A stretch of 64,000 bases of DNA from Podarcis tiliguerta (taxonomy: Eukaryota): the NCBI GenBank assembly GCA_965153285.1, contig OZ229110.1. One strand, given 5' to 3'. The notes beneath the pieces were generated by a model. The model was not told the DNA's origin. It did no database searches and saw only the letters and a program-made list of their open reading frames with translations. Every line of letters starts with the position of its first letter. The first letter of the stretch is position 1. This document shows positions 26,742 through 40,271 of this stretch, in pieces. The position numbers and the translations under genes are program-made.

Positions 26742-27923
26742 CATAGCTGTCAACTTACAGATTTGAAAATAAGGGACCAGCAGCCTTGAAAATAAGGGAT
26801 CAGCAGCCAAAATAAGGGACCTTCAGCCTCACCTGTTCCATGCACTCCAGTCTTCCTGTCCTCCTGCAGTCTGGTCAAACTCATGCTGGTAGCTTCGAGA
26901 ACATTGTCCAACCAACTTTGTAACCAGAGGTTCAACTGAATAGAATCTGAATCACATGCACCACAAGGCCTGTGCAGTCTCAACTTAAGATGGCTCCCTG
27001 GCCTGGCTTTGCACTGCAAAGTTTGCAGCAGCACGTGCAACAAAATAGCGTCCAGCATTCAAAAACCCCCTCAGCTTGCATTAACTAGCCACACACACAC
27101 AGCCTCCCCCCCCTCGCCATGAGATCGCCAGTCACCCACCATTTTAATCAACCAGCTCCTTTCTTTCCCCCCATAAGTCAATCGAAGGAGCCTCCAAAAC
27201 AAATTCAAAAGCCACCCCTCCCACGAGATCTCCTTTCCTTTCCCCCCACCATGTGCCCCCGCTCCAGACAGACCTTTTCGCCGGCAAGGGTTAGTGGGCC
27301 GTTGATGATGTATCCATCCGGTTCCGATCCGAGCACTCAGCACCAGTGGCGTAGCGTGGGTTGTCAGCACCCAGGGCAAGGCAAGTAATTTGCGCTACCT
27401 AACCCGTGGATTTTTGCACTCGGGCAGAGAGCTGCAAGTGAGAGTGTGCCCCCCCCCCGATGTTGCGCCCGGTGCGGCCGGCCCCCCCTGCACCCCCCAC
27501 ACTACGCCACTGCTCAGCACAGGTATGTTCAACTTCTGAGCCCCTCTGAGCCAAAGGCAGAAAGCCCAGCCAGCCGCCAAACGAAGCCTCAAGGAAAACC
27601 AACGTCACGTCTCTGCTGGGAAGCGCTGAGCAAAGGCGAGTCCCCAGGCAACGCAGCCGATTTGATCAGCAGAAGGCATGCAAGCTCCTACCCCCAGTCG
27701 TTCTTAGACTTCTTATTGGGTGAGCAACACAGCCAAGCAACACAGTTGGAGCCTCCCTCCTCCCTGGCTGGCAGGGAGGGAGGGAGAGGAGCTGCTTCCT
27801 TTGAAATTTAAGGGACATCGTTTAAGGGACATTTAAGGGACATCCATCACTAAGGGACAGCAGCAGGACATGGCGCTGGAATAAGGGACTGTCCCTTCAA
27901 ATAAGGGACGCTTGACAGCTATG
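26742..27923. mobile_element. Non-autonomous hAT element (1182 bp) with nested or captured pieces
   Basis: Perfect TIR catagctgtcaa / ttgacagctatg; perfect 8-bp TSD gtgtctta (26734-41, 27924-31); subterminal aaataaggga repeats. Confidence 0.9.
27344..27512. mobile_element. hAT MITE nested in the 26742-27923 element
   Basis: TIR cagtggcgtag / ctacgccactg; perfect 8-bp TSD ctcagcac (27336-43, 27513-20). Confidence 0.9.
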
Positions 27924-28997
27924 GTGTCTTAGAGAGCGAAAAATACGGAAATTTGCTGTGACATCCTAACCAGGAAACTGTGGTCTGAGTGCTCCATGCA
28001 AAACAGGGTTTCACATTCCCAACATAACAAACCACTGCTTGTTGGACCCAGGATATATGGGTCCAACGAGCAATGGTTTGTTACATATGAGATAGATTTC
28101 TGGGTTTTTCTCCTTTAGGAAAAAAAAATCCCTAGACAGGAGGGAGGGGGAAAGGGCTGACAACAATGCTATGAGCCACCTTAGGCCAGAACCCAGCTAA
28201 CCAGCTAAATACAAATGGCATTCAGGTAGTATTTCAAATAATATTTAACAGAATTTGAAGCCATTCTGTTATGCAATCTTCAGAAAACCTTAACAATAGA
28301 AACAGACATTTAATAATCTTTAATTTACTATTAGTTTGCTAAACTAGGCAGGATAATATACATCAAATAATGAAGATGAGCATTTGATTTGATAAGGGAT
28401 TTAATACTGAAGTGATGCAATCTATTCTTGAGACTGTTCAAAAAGGACCTAACCTTTTAACAACACAGAGTATAATACTGAAATATCCTCCTTGGAGGCT
28501 TAACTCCGACAGCTTCAATCTCATGATACAGAAAGCTTGTCTAGACTGATCTCATGACAATATGTTACTGTTGTCTGTATAATGACAGGCCATTCAACTA
28601 GAATACCAACTATACTTGCTTTAAAACCAACATCCAAGATACAGATTCTACACACAATAAGTATGAAAAATAGTCCATATAATTCAAAAATTAAAGTCTT
28701 AGGAACTGAAGTACCGTCACTTCCATGTTTTCAATTACTATCCTCACACAAGCTTAAATGATTCAAGTTGATTAGCAATTTCAGTGAAGAATTCTGGTTA
28801 TCTACAAACACATATGCACTTTTTTCATGATCCAATCACTATACAGTAACCATCTCCTGCATTAAGTCTAACACGGCCACAACTGTACACCTCACAATTT
28901 TATCTAATCCCTACATTGACCAGTATTTATTCTCAGAGATGACCTACTGAAATCAAAGATTGAAATTGCTGAAGCAATTATTTAAAACTTTTCTGAG

Positions 28998-29194
28998 CAG
29001 TGCTTTCTTCGGGGGCGGGGGTGCAGGGGGACACACACTCCTAAACCTTTTGCGAATCTTTGTACTTTTGTCCATTTACTGTATTTATTTTTCCCAATTT
29101 GAACTATAAAAAGGTGATTTTCTTGAGTCAAAATGAGAGTACCTTTAAACATTTTTTAAGAAAAAAAAACATTTTTAAAGAAAAAAAAGCACCG
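28998..29194. mobile_element. Probable hAT MITE
   Basis: Ends cagtgctttctt / aaaaaagcaccg; imperfect TSD tttctgag / gttctgaa. Confidence 0.55.
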
Positions 29195-29358
29195 GTTCTG
29201 AATATTGCCCCTTGTTTTTTTTATCATATTAGAGATATTAAAGTAACTTTTGAGAGGCTTTATTGTTTTTACCTTACCTGCATTTTTTCAGCTTTCCCTT
29301 CTGATCATATAGGATGAGTTGATCAATATAAGAACACTATGTAAACAACTGCTTAACA

Positions 29359-29684
29359 CAGTGGTTGCCAACCTACTTATGCCCATAGGCATGTTTGGAT
29401 TTTTGCATGAGTCCCATGGTCATCACCCCTCTGGTCATCCCTCTCCCCCCCTGCACCAGATTCAATGTGGTGCAATCTGGGTAAAAATCAGAACCAGTAC
29501 AATTAATCTGAAAGGAAAGGGTCATTCCTTGAACTTCCTCCTTCAGCTCTCAAGAGAGAAGAAGTCAACCATCCTCACCATTCCATGATCAAGGGGGCTG
29601 GAGCAGGCGCATAGAGTCCACAGGCCCTAGGGGAAGACCTCAGGGGTGCCACTGTGCTCACAGGTGCCATGTTGGTAACCCCTG
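29359..29684. mobile_element. Probable hAT MITE
   Basis: Ends cagtggttgccaac / gttggtaacccctg; imperfect TSD gcttaaca / ctttaaca. Confidence 0.55.
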
Positions 29685-30516
29685 CTTTAACACAATCCTG
29701 TGCTAGCCATGGTTTATGTGAAAAATGGTTACTTTTACTTTAATAGGAAGTGTGTGCTCATCCTTACTTGGAAGATCATTTATTCCTTCCAATGCACACT
29801 CTCTCTCTCTCTCTCTCTGTTTGTTTGTCCTCCCCCCCCCCCCCGAATTCTATATTTTTAAGGGTTTAAAATCTACCATCAGTTCTTTACATGAAAAAAC
29901 CTATGATGGGAGACACTTGGCATCATTGTGCTGGAAATGGGAACTGTGCTTCACAATAACTATGGGTTGTATTCAATGTAGCGCTAAGGCACTATCACTA
30001 TAAGAATTTTATTTGCATGGTGGAACCTTCCCTCTTCCACTGCGCTAGCACATATGCTTACCATGGCTTCTGCTAGCACAACTATTTAGTTGAATATGAC
30101 CCTATGATTAGTTTAAACCTGCCAGCTCCAGAAACCATGTTTTGAAACTGTTTCATTTTGAAATTAACTGACCATAATTAGTTATTCTCAGTTCAGGCAT
30201 AATGACAAATCATGTTTAAGGGGGAATGACAGAAAAACCTTCTGAAGTATTCTTCTGGCCATGTGGGAAGAGGGAAGTATGAGGGTTCCAGCTTGCGTAC
30301 ATTGTAGTAAATCAATGTTTAACATGATATGAGAATACGGCCACGGTGAAAGAAATTAATGTTTTCTTTACAACAAGTCCTTCATTATCTTTTAGAAGGA
30401 ACTCCTTAGAAAAACCATTCTAACATTTTTCCTAAAACACTTGCAAAAATAAAAAGATAATGCCATGACCATATAATTGCTAGTAAGTAAAATGTATTAG
30501 AAAATTTCATACTAAC

Positions 30517-30552
30517 CAATAAGAAGAAGGGTTCCAACTGCCAAACCTCCAC
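30517..30552 (-). CDS. ELP4: ELP4 coding exon 2 (36 nt)
   Basis: Acceptor ttcctag|, donor |gttagt. Reads (G)GGLAVGTLLLI(E), in phase with exons 1 and 3, matching ELP4 GGLAVGTVLLIE. Confidence 0.95.
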
Positions 30553-32937
30553 CTAGGAACAAATTAATTTAAGAAATTAGAATGCATAATAATGTTTCCA
30601 ACAATTAGTAGTATCAAGGAAAGGTGATACAGGAAGTTAAAAATGTAACATGAAAAACATTTTAATTACCTTTATAATACTTCTTACAATTCACTATTAA
30701 ATAATTATATATTGCATATAATTATATATCACGCACTACAATTACTTTCACAATATGGTGAAAAGATCCTGCATAGCGCTACATAACTAAACGCAAGTAC
30801 TTTAATAGTGTTGTCACAAGCCAACATTCCTTTGTTTTATTAAGACTATTCTACACATAAAGTAATCCTTCCTCATTAGAGCATTGAAGAACCTGGTACA
30901 GTTACAGTAATTCAGTAAGTTGCATTTATCATGAGTCAAAACTATCTACCGGTAGTTGCAGGAATGGACTCAGCTGCATATAGGATACTGATTAAGGCTA
31001 CCATCCTTTATATTTATCTGGAATCATTCCCACTGAATTCATTAGACTTTATTTTTGTTTAGTTATCTTACAATAGTGCAAGGGTGATAGCCTCCACCTT
31101 GCAACCCACATCCCACCTGCACCAGTGCAGAGAACAGCAAAGCAAAGCTAAACCCATACATCAATGCAGCATATCTGCACAAAGAGCTCAGATAGAGCCT
31201 AAATGAACATATAATAAGTTTACACCATTGCACAGTGGTACCCATCTCATATGAGCATAGGATTAGCTGAATCAACCCCTTTGATGAGTGGGCATCTTTA
31301 TCATCATCAGCCAGCTCCTAAATCTTTCTTCTCTCCCTCCATCTGGAGAAAAGAGCCTGGGACCTGGACTATAACATGAGGAGCTAGATACCAGAAGACA
31401 CTTCCATAAACACATGTCTATATTATGCCTTTTTCTGGATTTTTGGTAAACTGAAATCTTGACTAAAAGACTGATAAGCAATATTTTTGTACTTCAGTGG
31501 TTTAGCTGCATGTACTTTTGTTTATAGTTATTGTACTTTCTCTTCTTATCATGTTTGGATAAGAAGGGTGGGTATGGTATTTTACTCTTTCAAGTATGCT
31601 AGTTCATGTTTTACTTCCTGAGTTGTAAATCTTTTAATCTTAAAAATAGTTGCAGACCTTTCTATAGAACTAAGACTGCTCTAGACTGAATGGTTGTGGA
31701 TTCCAAATAAATGCTATGTTGCCGAAAGTAAACAGAGCTGTTTTCAGTCACCAGCAACAGAGGTCTGCTTAAGGTGCTAAAAAACCCAACAGAACCCAAC
31801 CAGCAATATCTCCAGAGTATGTAAAGCCAACGTACCATAATAATGAAATACAAAAGAAACATTCTGTGGGTACATCTAGCTGAGGTATTCTGATGGCAGT
31901 GGTTGTCATCTTAGTTTCAAAAAACATAACACACAAAGTAAATAAAATATCTTTAATTAGAAGACCTAAGTTGGTGTAGAAATAGGTAAACTTTCAACCA
32001 GAGGCAAAAACAAAACTATGAAGAATTAGGATAGAGAAAAGAAAGTAAAAATACGGAAATATTAGGAGCCCAACATCACAGAAAGGCCTTTTATTCATTA
32101 TACCATGATGGCAGATGCATTCCTTTACGTCATTTCCCACCCCAAGTTATTCAATTATGTCAGGGATAAGGGGCCCCGGTGCTCTAAATGTTGCCTCACA
32201 TCAACTCCCATCAGCCAGCATGGCCAACAGTCCAGAACAATGGAAGTTGTAGTCATTCAACATCTGAGAGTCACAGGTTCCCCATCTGTTTATATATACT
32301 GTTTGTAAAGTAAGGAAACACTGACATCATTAGATGAAATAATGTAAATTATTATTATTTATTGAATTTATATACCGCCCTAAAGCCAGAGGTCTCAGGA
32401 CAGTTCACAGAAAAGATCAACATAAAAGCCACAATATATATAATAATAATACCCCCCCACAAAGAGCCACATTTTAAATGGGCATAGGATATCAATCAGA
32501 TCAACCAAAGACCTGGTTAAAAAGGAACATTTTTGCCAGGCGCCTGAAGGTGTATAATGAAGGCGCCAGGCGAATTTCCATGGGGAAAGCATTCCACAAA
32601 TACATTGTGAATATATCTATCATGTTACATTTTTTCTAAGATATTTAGAACTCTTAGTCTAATAACAGAAATGGGCATCCATAAGTAGTAAGTGGATGAA
32701 AGAACTGTATAGGAATGAACACACTGATGACCGAGAGAAAATACTCTATCTGAAACAGACTAGTTAATGATGATGATGATGATGATGATGATAACATCTG
32801 GGATCTCCAAATAGGAACAGGATCATTGATGGCAAAGGGCACTGTCTACTTGGTAGATGTCAGATTAGGGAGATCCAAGTTTAAATCTTTACACAACAGT
32901 GAAACTCACTTTGGTAACATTGTGCCAGTCACACATA

Positions 32938-33177
32938 CAGTGGTACCTCTGGTTGCGAACGGGATCCGTTCCGGAGCCCCGTTTGCAACATGAGCAGAAC
33001 GCAGCCTGCGTCTGTGCGTGTTGCAATTCGCCGCTTCTGCGCATGATGTCATTTTGAGCGTCTGCACATGCGCAAGTGGCAAAACCTGGAAGTAACCCTT
33101 TCCAGTACTTCCAGGTCACTGCGGGACACAACCTGAAAACACTCAACCTGAAGCAAACGCAACATGAGGTATGACTG
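32938..33177. mobile_element. Tc1/mariner (Tigger/pogo-like) MITE
   Basis: TA|cagtggtacctc ... gaggtatgactg|TA; TA target duplication. Confidence 0.8.
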
Positions 33178-35719
33178 TACTAACCTACCCCACCCCACAA
33201 GATTGGAGACCTTTGTGGACACCCCAAAGCTCTTTGTGGGAAAGCATATAAAATGCAAAATAAATGAACATACATAATTTTTTTAAGCTAATGGTCCTAG
33301 CTTGGATCCAGATCAAGTTGGCTGAATTTCATTTCTATTGAAATAAATGGGATGACAGTTATGACTGAAATCACTTCTGAATGATGTGTTCACGGTCATG
33401 TGTGAAATTTAAATGTCCTCATAATGTGAAGAACTAGATCTTGTATTTCAGAATGGCAGCATCATTCAGGTTGGGGGATCCCAAAATGATCTCATCCCAC
33501 CTAAAGATTATATATATTTTGGAGAAGGCAAAATAACACAAAAAAATTAAGTAGTACAAAATTTGAGTACAAAATTTGAGATGGGGTGCAGCCAATGGCA
33601 TTTGGCAAAAATGTTCAGCTAACAGTTTTCCTATTGAGTAAGCATTAAAATGATCTACTAGCAACTGTTCCCTTCCTAATGATGATAAAATGAGATGGAA
33701 TCAGTGATAGTTTTTCATTTCCGTTCTTTTCTGTCTGAAGAGCATGTCTTATCTAATCTAGTACAATGGTTGTATCAAGCAGACCACCCAAGGCCTGATT
33801 AGTGCATTACACTTTTGAAGGTGTTTGTTGATGTGAGAATTGCATACACATCTACGTATATACTCACAACAAACATTACTGAACTCATGCCCAGCCAAGC
33901 TAATATATAACCAAATATGTGCACTCACTTACAGGTTTGTGTGCATGGGAATCTTAGAGTGAGAGTCATATATTGTTTTCCACATGACCTTTCACACATC
34001 TGTTCTGTCAGAAATGGGAACACAGAAAAACCACAAAACTGGAATAGTACCACTGCCAAGCAGGAAAAAAGGAGGGGTAGAATTCTAGCTGCTCAAATTG
34101 TTGTTTATTATAAGTGAATTGCATTTGGGAAATTCCTCCTTCGGGGCACATTTTTAACAATTCTCGCATCTAATGTATATTGCAGCAACTCCTGCTCCTA
34201 CTAAATTATCACTCACTTCCTCATAGGCCTTTCCCTTAAAAAGATGGCAGAGAATTCCCTATGGTAGTGACATCCCACCAAACCACTACATTCCCAAATC
34301 TGTGAGCCCATGAAATGACCACTTTTAGATAAAAGACCTGATGCATGATGCAACTCATATCTGAACATAAAGAGATACGTGAAGTTCTAGCTAGATTCAA
34401 AATGAGAGTCCTAAGTGTCAGGAAGAAGAAATTAATTGTAAACCAAGGTCTTGACCACAATGTCCATGTCCCACTGGCTTCAAGTATGATTATTGAAAAG
34501 TGAGGACTAAATTTATAGGATCCAAATGGTGTACTGCACATATAAACCAAGTGGCCTTAAGCATAATTTTACACCTGAACCATTGTGTTTTATTTATAAC
34601 TTGCACACACAGTGCACAACTCCTTTAGAAATTTCAGAGTGACTACCATGAGGTGTCAGAAGTTTCCCAAGCAGAAACACCAGGTCCACACCAACTTTAT
34701 AGTAGCTTTAAAACAACTCCATTATGTTTATTTTGCAGAAACTACCCACTTGGGCACTTTGGGTATGAAGCAGGATGCACAAGTTTAAAAACGAATGAAT
34801 AAAAGAACTAATTGCTCCCACACAGTTTTTTAAACATACATGCCCAGTCTCTAACACAACGCACATTTAACTCAGTATTCGAGAAGTTTTACAGCAAGTC
34901 AAATGGGCTGAGGGTGGTCTGCAGGGTGAAACTGGTGTATGCTGCAGCTATTACATGGATATGTTGAATACTGCTGGGTTCCACTCAATCCATTCGTATC
35001 TTGCTACTATGTGCCCTGGAGCGTTAGATTTTCGAGTTTCTTTTAAATTCGATATTGAGCAGACCTACACAGAGCCTCTACACAGAAACTGCTGCGCGAG
35101 GCTGCTTTGTATTCATGGACGCTTTGATGCGAGAAGGCACTCGTAGGCAACGCCATCCTGACGGCATGGCATCTGCCAGCGAGCAAGGGGAAACACGCGA
35201 AAAGAGGACAGCCAGCCAGTGGCTATCTGGGTGACGGTACGTCTCTTTAAAAAAGCCATGCCTGCTCTGCCGGGACTGACTCCACTTCTCATCCTCAAGG
35301 CTCCGCGCGCATTTCAAGAATCCATGCTCTCCTCGAGCATCCTCAAGTTTCCTTGGGCGGAATCCTTAGCCCCCTGGGACAGCGGAGAGTAAGTACCACG
35401 GGGCTCGGTGGGAACGCGGGGGTCGAACCCACAGCCCTGTCCCGGCACGAGGCGGCCGGATCCGTCCCGCTCCCCACCCCCGCTTCCTCTCGCAGCCTCC
35501 CCGCTTTCCTCCGCAGACACTGAGACCGACAGCGGTTCAGTCAGGAGGGAAGCAGCTCTGGGGCTCGGAGGGGCTGCTACTGAGGGGAGCCAGGCAGCCC
35601 CCCCAGCGCCTCGCCTCGCCTGCCCTCCGAGGCCACCTCAGCCCGCTCGACTACCGCGAAACCCGCACGGCGAGGTGGCGGGACATGTCAGGAGACTGCG
35701 CAGCGCTGCCGGCACCAAC

Positions 35720-35912
35720 CTAGCACATAGTCCAGAGAGGGGACCCCGCTGGAAAGCAGCAGCTGCCCGTGCCGGACCGAGGGCCGGGTGCCCGGCAGAA
35801 CGGCCAAGCGGCCGCCTCCTCCTCCTCCATCCGGCCCTTTCCTTTGGAAACTCGTCGTAGCCCTGGCATTCGGCTGCTGTTGGGCCAGCCCGCCGGTCGC
35901 CAAGGCCGCCAT
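35720..35912 (-). CDS. ELP4: Elongator complex protein 4, coding exon 1
   Basis: ATG at 35912 in AAGATGGCG context. Encodes [64 protein letters not shown](G), matching the ELP4 motifs TSFQR and GTRPSVRNGQLLVSTG. Donor G|GTTGGT at 35719, phase 1. Confidence 0.95.
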
Positions 35913-36029
35913 CTTAGCTTCTGCGCCGTTGACAGGGAAGAGGCGACCGGCGCGGAGGAGGAGCGGCGGGGCGGGTGGAGGGGGGACGGACGCGCGGCGA
36001 GCCAATGGGGAGGCCGGTTGTTGGCAGGC

Positions 36030-36094
36030 GCAGTGGCGTCGACCAGGGGTAGGCGAGGAGGGCTCTCGGTCCCCGCGGCTTCTGGCCCAGGCAG
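36030..36094 (+). other. IMMP1L: Putative non-coding first exon (5'UTR) of IMMP1L; start position approximate
   Basis: Perfect donor CAG|GTGAGT at 36095, inside the CpG island just downstream of the GC and CCAAT boxes. IMMP1L has a non-coding first exon head-to-head with ELP4 in other vertebrates. Confidence 0.6.
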
Positions 36095-39000
36095 GTGAGT
36101 CAAGGGCAGGAAGAGGCAGCTCGCGAGCCTGTACGCAAGAGTTGTCGTTCGTAGCGCTCCGTGAAGGAGGGGAGTGCCAGTCGGGCCTTTCTAGGCAACG
36201 TGACGCTTCTGAGGAAGCTATTTTAAAATAAATAAATAAATAAATTTGGAAACGAGAAACAGTATACTCTACGTCCCTCTTCCTGTTTAGGTGCAGGAAG
36301 TGGTGGGACCCTGGGGGAGTGGGGAAAAATATTTGCTACTACCTGTGACGAGCGGGTCGGAGCCCCCTCACCTCATTCCACCCACCTGGCTCGTTATGAG
36401 AACTTAACTTTCTAAAGTGTTGGTGTTCTGTGCATACTTACCCGAAAGTAACGCCCTCCCCTCCTCCAAGGCACCTTGGGGTTGACTGGAGAGTAAGCAT
36501 GCATTGGATCGTGCCGCAGTGAAGTCGTTTATTCGAATTGTTTTCCGTGTGTGTTAGTTTACCAGCTAATGCTGGTGAGGCCAATTGGGAAGGTGGGTGG
36601 TTGGTGCCTGGCACAGTTAAGACTGTAATTCGGTGCAAGAGGTGTCTGAGGATTTCATTGTACATGACTCAGAAGGTTCTGGCTACACGGTGGAAAAGCC
36701 AGGTTAGCTCTCCAGGATTAATGCAGAGTAGCACTCTTAATCACTTGCTTGACCTTGGCTGTGGAGACCCATTGGAACTTGTACATGGATACCAATTTAA
36801 ATCGCTTTATATGGCAGTGAAATTTTGTGTATACCTTTCTGTTGTGCATATTAGGTTCCCACTTCATATTTACCCCGCTGCAGGCCATGGAGATGGAAGG
36901 GTAGCAAAGGGTGGGATCCTGGTTCACAGGGTGGGTCAGTAGACCATTACAATTTGCCTTGCAGAGCAATTTGAAGCATCCTCCATTTGCATTTTAACAT
37001 ATGCATTGCCTCTGAACTCTTGAACCTGGACTTGCCTTCAGCTATATATATCTTCTGTTGAGATCAGTGCACTAGTGAAAGTGCACAGGGACAGACAAGT
37101 ATAGAGCACTGGCAAAATGTTGAAAAATGTTTCATCCACAGATGTGACTACTTCAGAAGATTATTGGGTCTTTTCTCCCATCACCAGATTCTTTAAGAAT
37201 ACTTGTGTTAATGTCATATCTGGACCCAAAGATTGGTTTGTTTTTTGTTTTTTATTTTATCTAGGCCAATAAGAACTTTTGTCTCTTGCCATCACTATTT
37301 TCCTCAGTTTCCCTTCCTGAGAACGTTACTTCAGGCACAGGGGTCTGCCCAACATCTTCCACACTGAAGTCAATGCAAAGAATCCCTTCAGTTTCAGTCT
37401 CCTTTTTCTCTTTTAGTATGCCCTTAATGTTTCAATAACACACTGTGCACATTTTTGCATCCTTCAGTATCTGCTTTCATTTCTTTTGCCACAGTTCAGG
37501 TTCTTTTTTATTCTCATTTGGAAAAGACTTCTGTTTCCTGACATGAGCCTTATTGCCTCTAATATCTCCTGTGACACTGTTCATTAACCATGCTGGCATC
37601 CTCTTGGCTTTGGTGAGGCCTTTCCTGATCTGTGGTGTACATTCTATCTGAGTTATAAATAATTTTTAAAAACCGTAAGCATCTATCTGCTAATGGGTAT
37701 GGGTCAATACATTCCAAAGTCAGGTTGCAACTAGATGCAAGCAAGGTAATTTTAGGGGGTGAAACTTTTTTTTGTAAATTTCTTTAGTGAGGGCCTTAAA
37801 AATATGTTATTGGGTGTGAGTTAAAATCTGCTATTATTTTTTGATTGGACAAGATTTAGCTTGGTAAGTCTGCATTTAATGAAGAAGCACATAAACTTCT
37901 TTTGGAATTTTAGTTTTACCTTCTGAAAATATCAGATAATGCTAAATGATAATGATAATAATATTAATATTAAATATAGCTGCAAGTACTTGGTAACCAT
38001 TTTTTAACAATTTCTATGCAATTTTACGCACATTTTACTTACCAAGCAAAGCGAAATTATATTAATTTAACCAAAATATATTTTGAACTCCCAAGTCATG
38101 TTACAACTTTTTAGCACCCCTAATTTTGGAAATTTGAAAGTTACAAAATTTAACATACCCTAATGCTATAAGGTACTTTTTAGCACGATGAGACATTTTG
38201 TTTCTTTTTTCATATGGTGTAAATATTAAAATCTGTATTTGAATTTATAAAATTCTATAATTCTTATTTTCACAAAGCTATGCTAATTTGAATACTTTCA
38301 TCATTGTTTCTCATACTGAAGGAGAGAAGCAGATGATTTAGTGTAGGGGGTAACACCTGCACTGTCGTCAGTTACATTGCTATTTTAAATAATCTTCTTA
38401 GCGGCACCTGTCCTTTATACACAAAACCCTCTTTTCTCATCAGTTCTGGAATGTAATAGTATTGGATTTTGTTGATTAAAGTTTTATAGTCACTAAATCA
38501 GATTAACTGTTGAGTCATCTGACAAGGAAAGCTACCAGCCATGCGGTACAGCTCCCTGAAGTGTCTGTGCTGTGAGCTCAAGCTTCTTGAGATGTTCTTA
38601 GGTATTTCAATAGAATGGGTCAGAGACTACAGGTGCAAAGATGATGGCTTCATTTTCTTAATCCCTTTACAAACAAAGAGGGGATAAGCTTGAGAAATCT
38701 AGTACCTTCAGTCCAGAAGCCAACATTTTGAAAACACATTGCACCCAGCAAGTTCCATAACATGCCACCCAGTCATAGGCATTTTGGAATTTCTTCCCCG
38801 AATGCCTGTGCGATGCCACTTCTCTTCAAGCATCTCTACAAAATCCACCTTTTCTGTTAAGGCTTTGATGTAACCACTACTTCTCATGCCTTACTGTAAC
38901 TGGGCCTGTAACTAACTCTAAGCATCTTTAATGGAAACAATTGCCTGTTGCCTTCCCTTCTTGTGTTGTTACTTGTGTGCAAGCTTCTTGGGGCAGGAAC

Positions 39001-40030
39001 CTGTCCTCTAAAGTGCCATACAGACAGCTGCTGCTAAAAGAATAAAAAACCCACCATGTTCAGTGGAGCTTACTCCCAAGTCATTGTGCATATTATTAGA
39101 GGCTGAAAAGTTGTTTCTTAGCTCTTGGATCCTGACCATGGTGGTATTCTGTGGTGCTTCAAACCTGTTGTATTGTTTTCTTTGTTGCACGGATATAACC
39201 CATCCAAATTGCAAGCTTGCTCGTGTAGTGAAGTGTTAAGGCTGAAGTTTTGTTTTTTTAAGTCATATAATTTCATGAAAAATACATGGATTTATATATA
39301 TTTTATAAGTGCCAACTTAATTATAGTGGCTGCATTCCAGAAAGACAGACTGGTGTGTACAAGTAGTGCTAGTCCACAATTTGCTATGGAAAATCAAAGT
39401 TCCCTGGGCAAACTTGATGTCTTCCATCTCATTGCTGGGGCTATGGATTGCGGCCATATTGTACAAACAATAGATGGTATTGTGGAGATGGGTCTTTCTG
39501 GGAACCATCCCAAGGAAAAACAGAGAGCATAGATTAAAATAATTATTGCTGACTTTTAAAAGCTTCCTGAATATTAAAAAGGAACACAAAAAAGAAATGC
39601 ATACTATTATTTCCAAGGTTTCAATAATATAATATAAATGGTGTAATCCTAGCTTGGTGCAAATTAGCTGAATATTTAACATGAGGAATTTAACATGAGG
39701 AAAATTAGGAATTTTGGTGCTGGAAAATTATTTTCTCATAATGAACTATATCTTTGTATGCTATAGAATAGTTTGGATCAATTCTCGCCTAAGAAAACTT
39801 ACTTTCTGATAAACTGCAGATAATCTAGTAGCATCTCAATGTCTTAAAAATTTAGGCTGCAGTCATATATAGTATGAGTAAGTAAGTCTCCATGAATTCA
39901 GTAGGGCTTACTTCTGAGTTGCACTGTTAGTATAGCATGAGCTTTTGTGGGTTATGTTAGATGCATATGATTTTCCCGTGTGTTCGGCTCTACCCTTTTT
40001 GATTTCCTCCCATATTTTTCAGTTTTTCTC

Positions 40031-40271
40031 AATAATAATAATAATAATAATTTATTATTTATACCCCGCCCATCTGGCTGGGTTTCCCCAGCCACTCTGG
40101 GTGGCTTCCAAAAGAATATTAAAATACTGTGATACATTAAACATTAAAAGCTTCCCTAAACAGGGCTGCCTTCAGATGTCTTCTAAAAGTCTGGTAGTTG
40201 TTCTTTGACATCTGGTGGGAGGGCGTTCCACAGGGAGGGCGCCACTACTGAGAAGGCCCTCTGCCTGGTTT
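40031..40271 (-). mobile_element. L2-clade LINE 3' end with (AAT)n tail, same family as 9327-9650
   Basis: Shares ccccgcccatctggctgggtttccccagccactctggg and gggagggcgttccacaggg with the 9327 copy. Confidence 0.85.

Larger units (their letters stand above)
35080..36400. promoter_or_regulatory. CpG island / ELP4-IMMP1L bidirectional promoter
   Basis: Abrupt GC- and CpG-rich block in an AT-rich, CpG-poor background. YY1-type GCCGCCATCTT 35905-35915, GC box GGGGCGGG 35968-35975, CCAAT 36002-36006, palindrome GCTCGCGAGC 36119-36128. Confidence 0.88.

Noticed and set aside
26760-27910. Repeated AAATAAGGGA motifs as a CRISPR-like array
   Set aside because: Eukaryotic context, irregular spacing and confinement to the ends of a TIR/TSD-bounded hAT element.
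35913-36005. N-terminal extension of ELP4 (MARRASV...) suggested by the ORF track
   Set aside because: The track start is a TTG inside the CCAAT box. The ATG at 35912 has good context and matches the known ELP4 start (MAA...).
35408-36231. Several 100-150-aa ORFs on the plus strand of the CpG island
   Set aside because: Stop-poor GC-rich sequence antisense to ELP4 exon 1; no recognisable protein.
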